NCBI GenBank assembly: GCA_964291415.2
Contig: OZ219918.1
Coordinates: 768,001 to 832,000, forward strand
Source: Alphaproteobacteria bacterium
Lineage (GTDB): Bacteria; Pseudomonadota; Alphaproteobacteria; SP197
Direction of reading: 5' to 3'
Length of the DNA stretch: 64,000 bases
Shown here one piece after another: positions 1 to 10,094 of the stretch. The notes under the pieces are model-generated. The model ran no database searches. It had not been told where the DNA came from and saw only the letters and a list, made by a program, of their open reading frames with translations. The first letter of the stretch is position 1, and every line of letters starts with the position of its first letter. A program made the translations under genes and the position numbers.

Positions 1-203
1 GGCGCCTGACATGTCCCTGAATTGCAACGATGAATCCGTCGCAGGTACCGATGTCCACGGGCCCCCACCTGGAGCGGGGAAACCGGCCCACGGCCCGGCA
101 CGTCCGCTTGAGAACAGGCAGCCGGATCCACCAGGATGCAAGACGGGGCTGATATCGTCTCAGGATCGAGACCGCGGTCGAACGGCTTCGGACATGTGGC
201 CGA

Positions 204-2252
204 TCAGGGGCGGCGGGCAGAATCCGTTGTCTTCTGCCGGCTCTCCAGATCAGTGAGCGGGATGTGACAGCGGATCACGTGACCGTCGCCTGCCCTCTGC
301 CATGGCGGTGTCGTCGTATCGCAGATCGCGCCGATCCTGTGAGGGCAGCGCCGCTGGAATGGGCACCCCCTGGCCGGAGGCGAGAGTTCCACCGCATCAT
401 CTGCCGTGAGGACCGGCACTGAATCGGGGTCCGGTTCGAGAACGGCGCCGAGCAGGACTTCGGTGTAGGGGTGAGAGGGCAGGGCGTAGACCTTGCCGGA
501 CGGCCCGACTTCGCACAGCCGTCCCTGGTAGAGCACCGCCACCCGGCCGGCGATTGCCCGCACCACCGCAAGGTCGTGCGAAACGTACACGTACGCTGCG
601 TTGTGACGGGCCTGGAGTTCCATCAGCAAATCGAGGATCACCGCCTGAACCGAAACATCGAGCGCCGAGGTGACCTCGTCACAGAGAACCAGTTCGGGCT
701 CCGCGGCGAACGCCCTGGCGATCGCAACCCGCTGTTTCTCCCCACCCGACATCTGGCCGGGCAGGCGGCCGAGGTAGTGAGAGCCAAGACGGACATGCTC
801 CAGGAGGGCAACACTGCGGTCCCGCAAATCGCCGGCGTTGAGCCCGAAGTAGAGCCGCAGCGGCTGGGCGAGCAACTCGGCCACCGTGTGGCGCGGGTTG
901 AGCGAGGCATCCGGGTTCTGGAAAATGAGCTGAACCCGGCGCAGGAGATTCGTGTCACGCCGATCGACGGGCGCATTCAGACTCACGTCGTTCTCGAAGG
1001 TGATCGTGCCCTGTCGTGGCGGGCGCAACCCGGCGATGGTGTTGAGAATCGACGACTTGCCACTCCCCGACTCGCCGACCAGCCCCAGCGTCTCGCCACG
1101 GGCCACGTCGAGGACGATACCGTCCACGGTGGGCGTGACGTCAGGTTGTCTTCCGAGAATCTGGTCGATGACGCCGGGCCTGGCGTAACTGATGGAGACA
1201 TCGTCGAGTCGCAGGACCGTGTCGGAGAGACCGCGGCTGCGACCATCTCCTCGTCGCGGAGGTTCGGGTGGTGGCAGGTTTTCGACTTTCTCGTGGTAAT
1301 GACAACGCACGACCTCGCCGGTGGCGGTGGAAACCAGCGGTGGCGACACGTCGCGGCAGAGTTGTCCGGCCATCACGCAGCGGTCCGCAAAGGCACAGCC
1401 CTGCACCTCCTTGTCCGGCGCTGGCGGGCGGCCCGGCATCGATGACGGCACGACCGCTTCCTTGAGCTTGGGGATCGACAGCAGCAGGCCACGGGCATAG
1501 GGATGGGCCGGGTTCCTGAGCACCCGGCGTGCCGGGCCCTGGAGCACGAGCTCCCCGGCGTACATGACGGCGATACGATCGCTGACCCGTGCTACGGCGC
1601 CCAGATCATGGCTGACGTAGACCATCGCGGTTCCCGTTTCCGTCGCCAGATCCCGCAACAGTTCGAGAACATGGGCTTGCGTGGTGACGTCAAGTCCGGT
1701 TGTCGGCTCGTCGAGCAGAAGCACTTCGGGCTTGCCGGCCAGTGCCATGGCGATGGCGACGCGCTGTTGCTGGCCGCCCGAAATCTCGTGGGGATAGCGT
1801 TCCAGGAGTTCTTCGGGTTCCGGCAAGCGCACCTGCGACAACAACTCGATGACACGCTCACGGCGCCGCTCTGGTGCAAGAGTCGTGTGGAGTCTCACCG
1901 ACTCCTCGATCTGCCGGCCGATTCTGGATGTTGGTGTCAATGCCTGACCGGCATTCTGCGGAATCAGGGCGAGGTCGCCGCCCCGAATGTCCTCGAGGGC
2001 ATGGTTGTCCATGGCGAACAGATTGTGCTCCCGAAACACGACATCGCCTTCCAGAACACGCAGTCCCGGTTTCAGGAATCCCATCATGGCCAGGGCCAGG
2101 GTGCTCTTGCCGCAACCCGACTCGCCGACCAGTCCGACCGTCTCGCCCTTGCCGAAGCTGAAGTCCACGTTGCGGAGAATGGCCAGGGTCGCGCCGCCGG
2201 CGCCGGTGAAGCCGACACTCAGGTTGTTGACTTGGACGAGCGCATCCGCCAC
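204..2252 (-). CDS. Peptide/nickel-type ABC transporter ATP-binding protein with two fused ATPase domains (DppD/DppF-like)
   Basis: Two Walker A motifs (GESGCGKS, GESGSGKS), signatures ISGGQQQR and MSGGEKQR, and two C-terminal oligo_HPY Cys clusters. Start moved to GTG 2252, just after the upstream permease stop. Confidence 0.93.
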   Translation of the reverse strand: MADALVQVNNLSVGFTGAGGATLAILRNVDFSFGKGETVGLVGESGCGKSTLALAMMGFLKPGLRVLEGDVVFREHNLFAMDNHALEDIRGGDLALIPQNAGQALTPTSRIGRQIEESVRLHTTLAPERRRERVIELLSQVRLPEPEELLERYPHEISGGQQQRVAIAMALAGKPEVLLLDEPTTGLDVTTQAHVLELLRDLATETGTAMVYVSHDLGAVARVSDRIAVMYAGELVLQGPARRVLRNPAHPYARGLLLSIPKLKEAVVPSSMPGRPPAPDKEVQGCAFADRCVMAGQLCRDVSPPLVSTATGEVVRCHYHEKVENLPPPEPPRRGDGRSRGLSDTVLRLDDVSISYARPGVIDQILGRQPDVTPTVDGIVLDVARGETLGLVGESGSGKSSILNTIAGLRPPRQGTITFENDVSLNAPVDRRDTNLLRRVQLIFQNPDASLNPRHTVAELLAQPLRLYFGLNAGDLRDRSVALLEHVRLGSHYLGRLPGQMSGGEKQRVAIARAFAAEPELVLCDEVTSALDVSVQAVILDLLMELQARHNAAYVYVSHDLAVVRAIAGRVAVLYQGRLCEVGPSGKVYALPSHPYTEVLLGAVLEPDPDSVPVLTADDAVELSPPARGCPFQRRCPHRIGAICDTTTPPWQRAGDGHVIRCHIPLTDLESRQKTTDSARRP

Positions 2253-2259
2253 GGGAGAC

Positions 2260-3153
2260 CTACACGGGAGCCTTTTGGGCCCGGTCAATGCCGAGTGTCT
2301 TGGCGAGGGCATCGGCGCTGAGGTTGACGCCGACTATCATCGAGCTCAAGGCGATGATCGGCGCCAACACCGCCCACGGCGCGACGGCCATGTAGCTGCG
2401 TCCGTTTGCAATCATCAATCCCCAGTCGGCTGTCGGCGGAGTGATGCCGAAGCCGAGGAACGACAGCGAACTGAATGCCAGGATCATCCACGACCAGCGC
2501 ATGGCACCGTCGACCAGCAGCACGTCCCGGACATTGGGCAGGATCTCGCGCCAGACGATGGTCCACATTCTCTCGCCGCGCGCCCGCGCGGCGGTGATGA
2601 AGTCTCGTGCCGTCACGTCGTGGGTTGCCGCTCGTGAGATGCGAATGACCGAGATGCCGTAGAAGAACGCCAGGGTCGGGATCAGGACGGCGTCAGCGGT
2701 ACCAAGAACGGCGATGATCAGAAGCAGGAACAGGATCCAGGGGATCGCCATGAAGGCGTCAACGACCCGCATCACCACGTCGTCGACCTTTCCGCCGACC
2801 AGGCCGAGCATGAGGCCGAGAGATCCGCCCCACAGCACGGCAATCAGGGTTCCCAGACTGGAAATGACCAGCGCTTGCCGCCCGCCCAGCATGGTGCGGG
2901 TCAGGACGTCGCGGCCGAGGTGATCGCCGCCGAGCCAATGCTCCGGGCTTGGGCTGGCGAGAACCAGATGTGAATCCTGGGTTGTATAGTCATAAGGCAC
3001 GATCCACGGCGAGACGACGGCAAGGAGGACATGGCCGCCGACGATTGCGAGGCCCACCAGGCCGGAGGGACGCCTGGCCATCTCGCGGATCACCGCGCCG
3101 ACCCGGAACACCCTGTTGCCGGGAACCTCGTTCGCTGAACTCACCGCGGCCAT
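2260..3153 (-). CDS. Peptide-type ABC transporter permease (DppC/OppC-like)
   Basis: HWLGGDHLGRDVLTR motif, EAA-like loop (TAARARGE), several transmembrane segments. Confidence 0.92.
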   Translation of the reverse strand: MAAVSSANEVPGNRVFRVGAVIREMARRPSGLVGLAIVGGHVLLAVVSPWIVPYDYTTQDSHLVLASPSPEHWLGGDHLGRDVLTRTMLGGRQALVISSLGTLIAVLWGGSLGLMLGLVGGKVDDVVMRVVDAFMAIPWILFLLLIIAVLGTADAVLIPTLAFFYGISVIRISRAATHDVTARDFITAARARGERMWTIVWREILPNVRDVLLVDGAMRWSWMILAFSSLSFLGFGITPPTADWGLMIANGRSYMAVAPWAVLAPIIALSSMIVGVNLSADALAKTLGIDRAQKAPV

Positions 3154-3157
3154 GGTG

Positions 3158-4111
3158 TCAGACCTTCATGGTCCTGAGTCGGGGATTGGCGATCAGGGAC
3201 AGCAAGTCGGCGACCAGGTTCAGCCCGACGTAGAGCACCGCGAGGATCAGTGCGATCGCCTGAACCAGCGCCAGGTCGCGGTCAGACACCGAATCGAGCA
3301 TCAATCGCCCCAATCCCGGATAGTTGAAGACGATTTCGATGACCACGGTGCCGCCAAGCAGCCATGCGAGTGTCAGCGCCACCAGGTTGATGGTGGGAAG
3401 GAGTGCGTTGGGCAGCACATGCCTGAACACCACCTGCCAGTAGGGAACACCCTTGAGAATTGCCATTTGCACGTAGTCGCTTGCCAAGACGTCGATCACG
3501 CAGGTTCTGACCATGCGCAGAATGTGCGCCGTCATGACGAAGGCGAGCGCAATGATCGGCAGGATGATGTCCTGGAGAAACTCGAAGACGGGGGCATCGG
3601 GCCTGGTGATGACAATTCCCGGCAGCCAGCCCAGCCAGACGCTGAAGAAGAGAATCAACAGTGTGGCGCTGATGAACTCCGGCAGGGTCATGGCGAAGAT
3701 CGCGCTCGTGGATATCCAGAGGTCTGCCGCGCGGTCGCGTGTCAACGCGGCGATGACACCGAGCAGAATCGCAATCGGGATCCCGACCGCAGAGGCTGCC
3801 GCACCGAGAAGCAGGGTGTTGCGCAGGCGGATTTCCACCAGATCGGAAATGGGTTTGTGACGCCGGGTCGAAACACCCAGGTCACCCTGGAGGGCGCCTC
3901 CCGCCCAAACAAGGAACCGCTCGTGGGCCGGCCGGTCGAGCCCGAATTCGTCGCGGCATTGCGCGAGCCGGGTCTCCAGGGCCGTGTCACGTCCCAGATA
4001 GGCGGTGCAGGCATCGCCGGGCAGTGCTTCCACGCCGACAAAGACGATGACTGTGACCATGACAAGCGTCAACACGCCCAGTGCCAACCGGCGCAGTATC
4101 AACTTGAACAT
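3158..4111 (-). CDS. Peptide-type ABC transporter permease (DppB/OppB-like)
   Basis: LPGD, GLDRP, QGDLGVS, RHVLPNAL and FNYPGLGRL motifs. ATG 4111 is preceded by a GGAGG RBS. Confidence 0.92.
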   Translation of the reverse strand: MFKLILRRLALGVLTLVMVTVIVFVGVEALPGDACTAYLGRDTALETRLAQCRDEFGLDRPAHERFLVWAGGALQGDLGVSTRRHKPISDLVEIRLRNTLLLGAAASAVGIPIAILLGVIAALTRDRAADLWISTSAIFAMTLPEFISATLLILFFSVWLGWLPGIVITRPDAPVFEFLQDIILPIIALAFVMTAHILRMVRTCVIDVLASDYVQMAILKGVPYWQVVFRHVLPNALLPTINLVALTLAWLLGGTVVIEIVFNYPGLGRLMLDSVSDRDLALVQAIALILAVLYVGLNLVADLLSLIANPRLRTMKV

Positions 4112-4397
4112 GGTACCTCCGGATTGCCGCCGGGCACGGTGCTGATCTGAATGGCCCTTTCGACGTGTGTCGCAAACATAGCCCACTTGCGGTGTACGTG
4201 CCAGACGCGTTGCTCATCGAGCAGGTTCGATCGCGTCGACGTGCCCTCTGCCTGGTGTCTTCGCGTCGACAGGGAAGTCCGCGGCCTGGACCAGGCGCGT
4301 ACGGCAAGACTCTCGTCTGCCGGGCCTCTCTTGTCATCCGTTCGACCGGCCGATACCGTGTCGTCGATCCTGCCCCTCCAGCGGACGGTCCGCCACC

Positions 4398-5531
4398 ATG
4401 TCGACCACCTACGTTCGCCTTGACGAGGTCTCCGACACGTTACCGAGCAGCTTCTACTACGATCGTGATCACCACGATCGGGAACTCAGGCAGATCTGGT
4501 ACAGACAATGGTTGCTGGTAGGCCGATCTGACGCATTGGCGGAGGTCGGCGACTATCAGGTTGTGGAAGTCGGAGACCAGAGCGTCATCATCACGCGTGA
4601 CGGGGATCAACGGCTGCAGGCTTTCCACAACACCTGCCGGCACCGTGGTTCGGTTCTCTGCGAGCATTCGCGCGGCAAGTTTCGCGCCAGGCGGATCGTG
4701 TGCCCCTATCACGCATGGACCTACTCTCTTGAAGGCGAACTGACGGCAACACCCTGGCGTCTCGAGGGCGGCGGGTTCGATGCCGCACGATACCCGCTCT
4801 ACAAGGTTGCGGTTGGAGAATGGGCGGGGTTCACCTTCATCAATCTTGACGAAAACGCGGCGCCGTTCGATGACCGGACACTCGGCGACACGCCTGCTCT
4901 CCTGGCGAACTGGAATCTGGGAGAGACCGTCGCCGTGCACACGATGACGCTGGATCTCGAGTGCAACTGGAAGGCGTTCTGGGACAACTTCAACGAGTGT
5001 CTGCACTGTCCCGGCGTGCACCCTGAACTGTGCCGCATCGTGCCGCAGTTCCGCGAAGGGCTGGCAACCGGCAACGTCGTGCGCGGTGACGGGGACACCT
5101 CTTCACCCCTCATCGAGGGCGCAGTCACGTGGAGCGTTGGCGGCGCGACAAGTCTGCCGTGGTTCGAAGGACTCAACGAGCGTGAGAAGCGCGCCGGCGC
5201 GACGTTCGGCGTTTTTCCGCCGAGCGGCTATGTGGTGACGCACGTGGACTACGCCAGGTTGGTGCACATGCTTCCCACGGGGCCGGAGCGCACACGGCTC
5301 GTGGTGTCGTGGCTTGTCCCGCCCGGGACCGTGGATCACCCCGAGTTTTCGGTGGAAAAGCTGATCAAGCTCGCCGAAGCCGTGGTTCGCGAGGATGGCC
5401 GGGCAAGCGAGATCAACCAGAAGGGGTTGCGCTCCAACCGGCACAAGACGGGCGTGCTTGTGCCGCAGGAGATCTTCGTGCGCGAGTTTCACGACTGGGT
5501 GAGAGAACAGTTGGACGATGCCGGCGCTTGA
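4398..5531 (+). CDS. Rieske non-heme iron oxygenase alpha subunit (betaine N-demethylase/choline monooxygenase group, Stc2/GbcA/HpbB-like)
   Basis: Rieske ligands CRHRG...CPYHAW, mononuclear iron motif NFNECLHCPGVHPEL, and C-terminal ED...E..Q.GL.S. Confidence 0.88.
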   Translation: MSTTYVRLDEVSDTLPSSFYYDRDHHDRELRQIWYRQWLLVGRSDALAEVGDYQVVEVGDQSVIITRDGDQRLQAFHNTCRHRGSVLCEHSRGKFRARRIVCPYHAWTYSLEGELTATPWRLEGGGFDAARYPLYKVAVGEWAGFTFINLDENAAPFDDRTLGDTPALLANWNLGETVAVHTMTLDLECNWKAFWDNFNECLHCPGVHPELCRIVPQFREGLATGNVVRGDGDTSSPLIEGAVTWSVGGATSLPWFEGLNEREKRAGATFGVFPPSGYVVTHVDYARLVHMLPTGPERTRLVVSWLVPPGTVDHPEFSVEKLIKLAEAVVREDGRASEINQKGLRSNRHKTGVLVPQEIFVREFHDWVREQLDDAGA

Positions 5532-5732
5532 ACCTCTGTCGAAGACGCCGTGAGGCAGTTGCCAGGGTTGTCAGCGTGCTCCATCTTGATGCAAGACGGC
5601 TGCAGTTCATCCTTGGATGACCGGTGCACGCAACGGTTTGCCGAGGGCCCGGCCCATGACGAGTGGGTTCAGAGTCCGGTGCCGTCCGGCGTTTTCACTT
5701 GACTTGCGGTTGCTTTCCTTTCAAGGAGGAAG

Positions 5733-5788
5733 CACGTGGTGATTTGTGCCAACCGGCTTGCGGCCACGAAAAACAACTCGCTAAAAGG
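5733..5788 (+). ncRNA. SAM-II (SAM-alpha) riboswitch upstream of metZ
   Basis: CGTGG-TGATTTG...GCTTGCGG-CCACG-AAAAACAACTCGCTAAA matches the recalled SAM-alpha consensus. P1 is CGTGG 5735-5739 paired with CCACG 5764-5768. It lies upstream of a methionine biosynthesis gene. Confidence 0.88.
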
Positions 5789-5851
5789 TTGCGGTCGATC
5801 TTCCGATGAGGCCGGACCCTTCAGGCGGGTTTCGGGAAGGAAGATCGCGCG

Positions 5852-7036
5852 ATGGAACAGCCTCCGAACGAATGGCGCCTGCCCACACGCCTGGTGCGTG
5901 GCGGCCTGACGCGTAGCCCTCACAGCGAAACCAGCGAAGCTCTCTACCTGACCTCCGGCTATGTCTACGACACGGCCGAGGAAGCGGCGGCGGCCTTTGC
6001 CGAAGAGAACCCGCGCTACATCTATTCGCGCTATGGAAACCCCACGGTCTCCATGTTCGAGGAACGGTTGCGCCTGCTCGAGGGCGCCGAAGCGTGCCGC
6101 GCCACGTCTTCGGGCATGGCGGCGGTCTTCGCCGCGCTTGCCTCGATCCTCAAGGCCGGCGACAGGCTCGTGGCGTCGCGGGCGCTGTTCGGTTCGTGCC
6201 TTCATGTCGTCGCCAAGATCCTGCCGCCCTTCGGAATAGAGACGCATCTCGTGGACGGCACCGATCTTGGCCAGTGGCGCGATGCTCTGAAAGGCGGCGC
6301 CAGGGCCGTCTTCCTCGAAACACCCTCGAACCCCACGCTCGAGATCATCGATCTTCCTCAAGTCTGCGCGCTTGCGCACGAGGCGGGAGCGACGGTCGTG
6401 GTTGACAACGTCTTCGCCTCGCCCCTGTTGCAGAAACCCCTGGAACTCGGCGCCGACATCGTCGTCTACTCCGCCACGAAGCACATCGACGGCCAGGGCC
6501 GCTGCCTCGGCGGTGCGGTGCTGGGTCCGGCGAAGTTCGTGGACGGACCGTTGTTCACCTTTCTCAAGCACACCGGTCCCGCCCTCTCCCCCTTCAATGC
6601 CTGGGTGCTGCTCAAAGGGTTGGAGACCCTCGATCTCAGGGTGGCGCGCCACTCGGCAAACGCCGAGTCCGTCGCCGGCTGGCTGGATTCACGGCATGGC
6701 GTTCGGCGCATGCTCTATCCCTGGCACCCGGCTCATCCCCAGACGGAGCTAGCCCGGCGCATGATGAAGGGAGGGGGCAGCGTCATCGCTTTCGAGGTCG
6801 AGGGCGGCCGGCAGCGCGCCTTCAGCTTTCTCAACGCCCTGAAGCTGATCGACATCTCGAACAATCTCGGCGATTCGAAAAGCCTCGTCACGCATCCCGC
6901 CACCACGACGCATTCCAAGCTGTCGCCGGAAGAACGGGAACACCTTGGCATCACGGAAGGCCTTGTGCGCCTGCATGTTGGTCTGGAGGACGTCGCGGAC
7001 ATCGAAGACGACCTCGCGCAGGCGCTCGCCGATTGA
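5852..7036 (+). CDS. metZ: O-succinyl/acetyl-homoserine sulfhydrylase
   Basis: ETSEALYLTSGYVY, YSRYGNPTV, PLP lysine motif YSATKHIDGQGR, ISNNLGDSKSL, HPATTTH. Confidence 0.95.
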   Translation: MEQPPNEWRLPTRLVRGGLTRSPHSETSEALYLTSGYVYDTAEEAAAAFAEENPRYIYSRYGNPTVSMFEERLRLLEGAEACRATSSGMAAVFAALASILKAGDRLVASRALFGSCLHVVAKILPPFGIETHLVDGTDLGQWRDALKGGARAVFLETPSNPTLEIIDLPQVCALAHEAGATVVVDNVFASPLLQKPLELGADIVVYSATKHIDGQGRCLGGAVLGPAKFVDGPLFTFLKHTGPALSPFNAWVLLKGLETLDLRVARHSANAESVAGWLDSRHGVRRMLYPWHPAHPQTELARRMMKGGGSVIAFEVEGGRQRAFSFLNALKLIDISNNLGDSKSLVTHPATTTHSKLSPEEREHLGITEGLVRLHVGLEDVADIEDDLAQALAD

Positions 7037-7078
7037 GCGGCCTTCATGTGGCGCGAACCGGGCAACCCCCGGGGCTTG

Positions 7079-7843
7079 TCAGGAGCGGTTCATGATCGAT
7101 GGCAGGGAGAGACGCGCGTGGCGCCCGCCGTCGATCGTGATCACCTGGCCGGTGACGAAACGCGAGTCCTCGCTGGCCAGCCAGACGACGACATCCGCCA
7201 CGTCGAGCGGATCGCCGACATGGCCCACCGGGTGCAGCCTGCCCAGTTCGGCCATCACGAGGTCGCGGTCGGGGTGCGACTCGACATAGGCCCTGTTGAG
7301 ATCGGTATCGATCCATCCGGGGGCCACCGCGTTGCAGCGGATGCCGAGCGCGCCGAGGTCGACGGCGAGCGCGACGGTCAGCCCGTGAACACCGGCCTTG
7401 GACGCGGCGTAGGCGGTGTGTCCGGGATTGCACGCGATCCCTTCGAGGGATCCGATGTTGACGATGGCGCCGCCGCCACGCGCCGCCATCTGCTCCACGA
7501 CATGCTTGGCCATCAGGAAGGGGCCCTTCAGGTTCACCGCCATCATGCGATCCCAGTCGTCCGTGCACTGCTCGGCCAGGGACTTTTCGAACATGATGCC
7601 TGCGTTGTTGACCAGGATGTCGATGCCGCCCTCATCGGCCGTCACGGCCTCGACGAAACCGGCGATCGAATCCTCGTCGGTCACGTCCAGCGCCTTCCAG
7701 GCCAGGTTCCCGTCCTCGGGGCGTCGCAAGTCGCCCGCCACGACCTGCGCGCCGGCTTCAGCCAGGCGCCGGCAGATCGCAAGGCCGATCCCTCTTGCGC
7801 CGCCTGTCACCACGGCACACTTGCCGGCCAGGCGTCCGCTCAT
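7079..7843 (-). CDS. Short-chain dehydrogenase/reductase
   Basis: TGGARGIG, NNAG, YAASK, PGWIDT. Confidence 0.92.
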   Translation of the reverse strand: MSGRLAGKCAVVTGGARGIGLAICRRLAEAGAQVVAGDLRRPEDGNLAWKALDVTDEDSIAGFVEAVTADEGGIDILVNNAGIMFEKSLAEQCTDDWDRMMAVNLKGPFLMAKHVVEQMAARGGGAIVNIGSLEGIACNPGHTAYAASKAGVHGLTVALAVDLGALGIRCNAVAPGWIDTDLNRAYVESHPDRDLVMAELGRLHPVGHVGDPLDVADVVVWLASEDSRFVTGQVITIDGGRHARLSLPSIMNRS

Positions 7844-8610
7844 CTCGCCGTGTAGCCGCCGTCGATCGAAATGGCCGCACCCGTGATGTGCAGGCTGTCG
7901 TCACAGGCAAGGAAGATGATCAACCGGGCGATTTCTTCAGGCTTCGGAATCCGCCCCTGAGGGATTCCCGCGCGGTTGCGTTCCAGCACCTCGTCCGGCG
8001 AGTTGCCGGCGCCGCGGTGGCCGGAAACCAGCATTGGCGTGTCGACCGCGCCCGGGCACACCGCATTCACCCGGATCCCGTCGGTGGCGTGATCCAGCGC
8101 CAGGGCGCGGGTGAGGTTCACCACGGCTCCCTTCGAGGCACAGTAGGCCGGCATGCCCGGCGTGCCGACCAGGCCGACGGTGGATGCCAGGTTGATGATG
8201 GCGCCGCCGCCGGTCTCCTTCATCGTGCGGATCGCCGCTCGCGCCATGAAGAAGGCGCCGTCGAGGTTGGTCGCCATGACCCGGCGCCAGGCCTCGTCGT
8301 CGGTGTCAAGGGCGTTGCCGCGCCACATGGTGCCGGCAATGTTGGCCAGCACGTCGAGCCGGCCATAGGTCGACATGGTACGGGCGACGGCCTCGTCGCA
8401 GAATGAGGACAGCGCCACGTCTCCAAGAATGACGTCGCCGGCGCCGCCGGTCTCCTCGATACGGCGCAACACCGCCGAGGCCTTGCCGCCGTCCCTGCCG
8501 GTCAGCATGACCCTGGCGCCCGCTGCGGCGGCGGCGATTGCAGTCGCCTCGCCGATCCCCGACGTCGCGCCGGTTACGAGCGCGACCCTGCCGTCCAGCG
8601 TCCCGCTCAC
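7840..8610 (-). CDS. Short-chain dehydrogenase/reductase
   Basis: TGATSGIG, YCASK, NAVCPGAVDT. 4-nt overlaps with both neighbours. Confidence 0.92.
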   Translation of the reverse strand: MSGTLDGRVALVTGATSGIGEATAIAAAAAGARVMLTGRDGGKASAVLRRIEETGGAGDVILGDVALSSFCDEAVARTMSTYGRLDVLANIAGTMWRGNALDTDDEAWRRVMATNLDGAFFMARAAIRTMKETGGGAIINLASTVGLVGTPGMPAYCASKGAVVNLTRALALDHATDGIRVNAVCPGAVDTPMLVSGHRGAGNSPDEVLERNRAGIPQGRIPKPEEIARLIIFLACDDSLHITGAAISIDGGYTAR

Positions 8611-9923
8611 AGTTCAAGTCCCGCCCTGTGGCGGCGAAACGCGAAGTTGCCCCGGACACCCCAGCCAAGAAAGGGCTCGGGAGGCAGACGGTCGGGCCGC
8701 CCGGCGGCCAGCATGTAGGACAGGAGTTCGGATTTGTGGCCGACGATCATCTCCGCCAGCAGTTTGCCGCAGATGGTTCCGCGGGCCACGCCGACGCCGT
8801 TGTGACAGAAGCTGCCGAAGACTCCTTCGGCCAGTTCGCCGAACACGGGTTCTCCGTTGCGCGACAGGGCGAGAGCACCGCCCCAGGTGTACTCCAGGTC
8901 GACCCCGGGCAGCATGGCGAAGCGGTTGGCGAAGGATCGTCGATGTGCCTCGCGAGCCTTGAGTCTCATCGCGTCCTCGCAGTTGAGACGCCTGGCAAAG
9001 CTGTAGATGTTGCGAACCAGGATGCGGTCGCCGACGATGCGCCGTACCGTGCTGCCGAAGGGATCGGCCGGAATGATGCCCCAGGCGGCCGAACCGCCCA
9101 GGGTCTCGACTTCGTCCGGCTCGAGCCTGCGGGAGAGGCTCCCCCAGGTCGCGATGGGAATGAGGGACTTGCGATAGTAGCCGAACTGGGGCGCGAAACC
9201 GTTGTTGGCCAGCACCAGCGTGGTGCAGGAGACCGTACCGTCTGCCAGTTCGAGGAGGTGCCGGGGACCATGGGTGATAGCCGTCACCGGCGAATCCTCG
9301 TAGACCGCGACGTTCTCCGGCATTGACCGCGCCATGCCGGTCACCAGGGCGGCCGGCTGGACCTGGATGGTGCCGGGCGTGTGAAGACCCTGGATGTAGA
9401 AGTCGGTGCCGGTGATCGCCTTCATCTCCGCGGCGTCGATCCATCGGTAGTCGGCGCCGAGCAGATCGAGGTTGCCGCTGTAGGCCTTGATGAGCGCCTG
9501 GCCACGCTGTGTTGCGGCGCCGTGGATCTTGCCTTCCTCGCGCCAGTCGCAATCGATCTCCTGGCCCGTCACGATGTCGCGCAGATAGTCCTGTCCCGCC
9601 CGATTCAGGGCGATCTGCCGCCTTTCCGCATCCAGGGAGCCGGCGAAGTTCCTGGCGCGGATGTTGTGGGCCTGGTCGATGGCGAAGCCCGAGGAGCGTC
9701 CGGCGGCGTTGTTGCCGATCCGTTCGGCATCGATCAGGGCGACACGGGCCTCAGGGTCGAGTTCGCCGAGGCGCCGCGCGGCCGCCAGTCCGGTGTATCC
9801 GCCGCCGACGACCGCGTAGTCGACGCAGATCGTGCCGACTGCCCGCTTCGCCGGGGGCTGCGGGGGCAGGATCTCCAGCCATCCGTTTTGGTTGTCGGAC
9901 TTGGGCAGGACCCCGATCTTCAC
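8607..9923 (-). CDS. FAD-dependent oxidoreductase, DAO/PuuB-OrdL family
   Basis: VVGGGYTGL FAD motif, AAGRSSGF, QPAALVTG, YTWGG, HNGVGVARGT. Confidence 0.88.
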   Translation of the reverse strand: MKIGVLPKSDNQNGWLEILPPQPPAKRAVGTICVDYAVVGGGYTGLAAARRLGELDPEARVALIDAERIGNNAAGRSSGFAIDQAHNIRARNFAGSLDAERRQIALNRAGQDYLRDIVTGQEIDCDWREEGKIHGAATQRGQALIKAYSGNLDLLGADYRWIDAAEMKAITGTDFYIQGLHTPGTIQVQPAALVTGMARSMPENVAVYEDSPVTAITHGPRHLLELADGTVSCTTLVLANNGFAPQFGYYRKSLIPIATWGSLSRRLEPDEVETLGGSAAWGIIPADPFGSTVRRIVGDRILVRNIYSFARRLNCEDAMRLKAREAHRRSFANRFAMLPGVDLEYTWGGALALSRNGEPVFGELAEGVFGSFCHNGVGVARGTICGKLLAEMIVGHKSELLSYMLAAGRPDRLPPEPFLGWGVRGNFAFRRHRAGLEL

Positions 9924-10042
9924 GAGGAGAGATCCACCCGGATGGTTCTGGTTTCGCTGTACTGGTCATGGACGGCCACGCGGACGTCGATGACGCCCGT
10001 GGTCGAGAAGGACGGAGTGTTCGCCGGGTGGATCTTCGTCAT
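9920..10042 (-). CDS. Putative 40-aa small protein (MTKIHPANTPSFSTTGVIDVRVAVHDQYSETRTIRVDLSS)
   Basis: ATG 10042 with GCGGGG upstream. Its TGA overlaps the GTG start of the oxidoreductase (GTGA coupling) and it fills the intergenic gap. Too short for the supplied ORF track. Confidence 0.4.
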   Translation of the reverse strand: MTKIHPANTPSFSTTGVIDVRVAVHDQYSETRTIRVDLSS

Positions 10043-10094
10043 CGGACCCCGCTTCACGTGAGGTCAGGCCCGGCGGCAGAACTGTACGAGCCAG

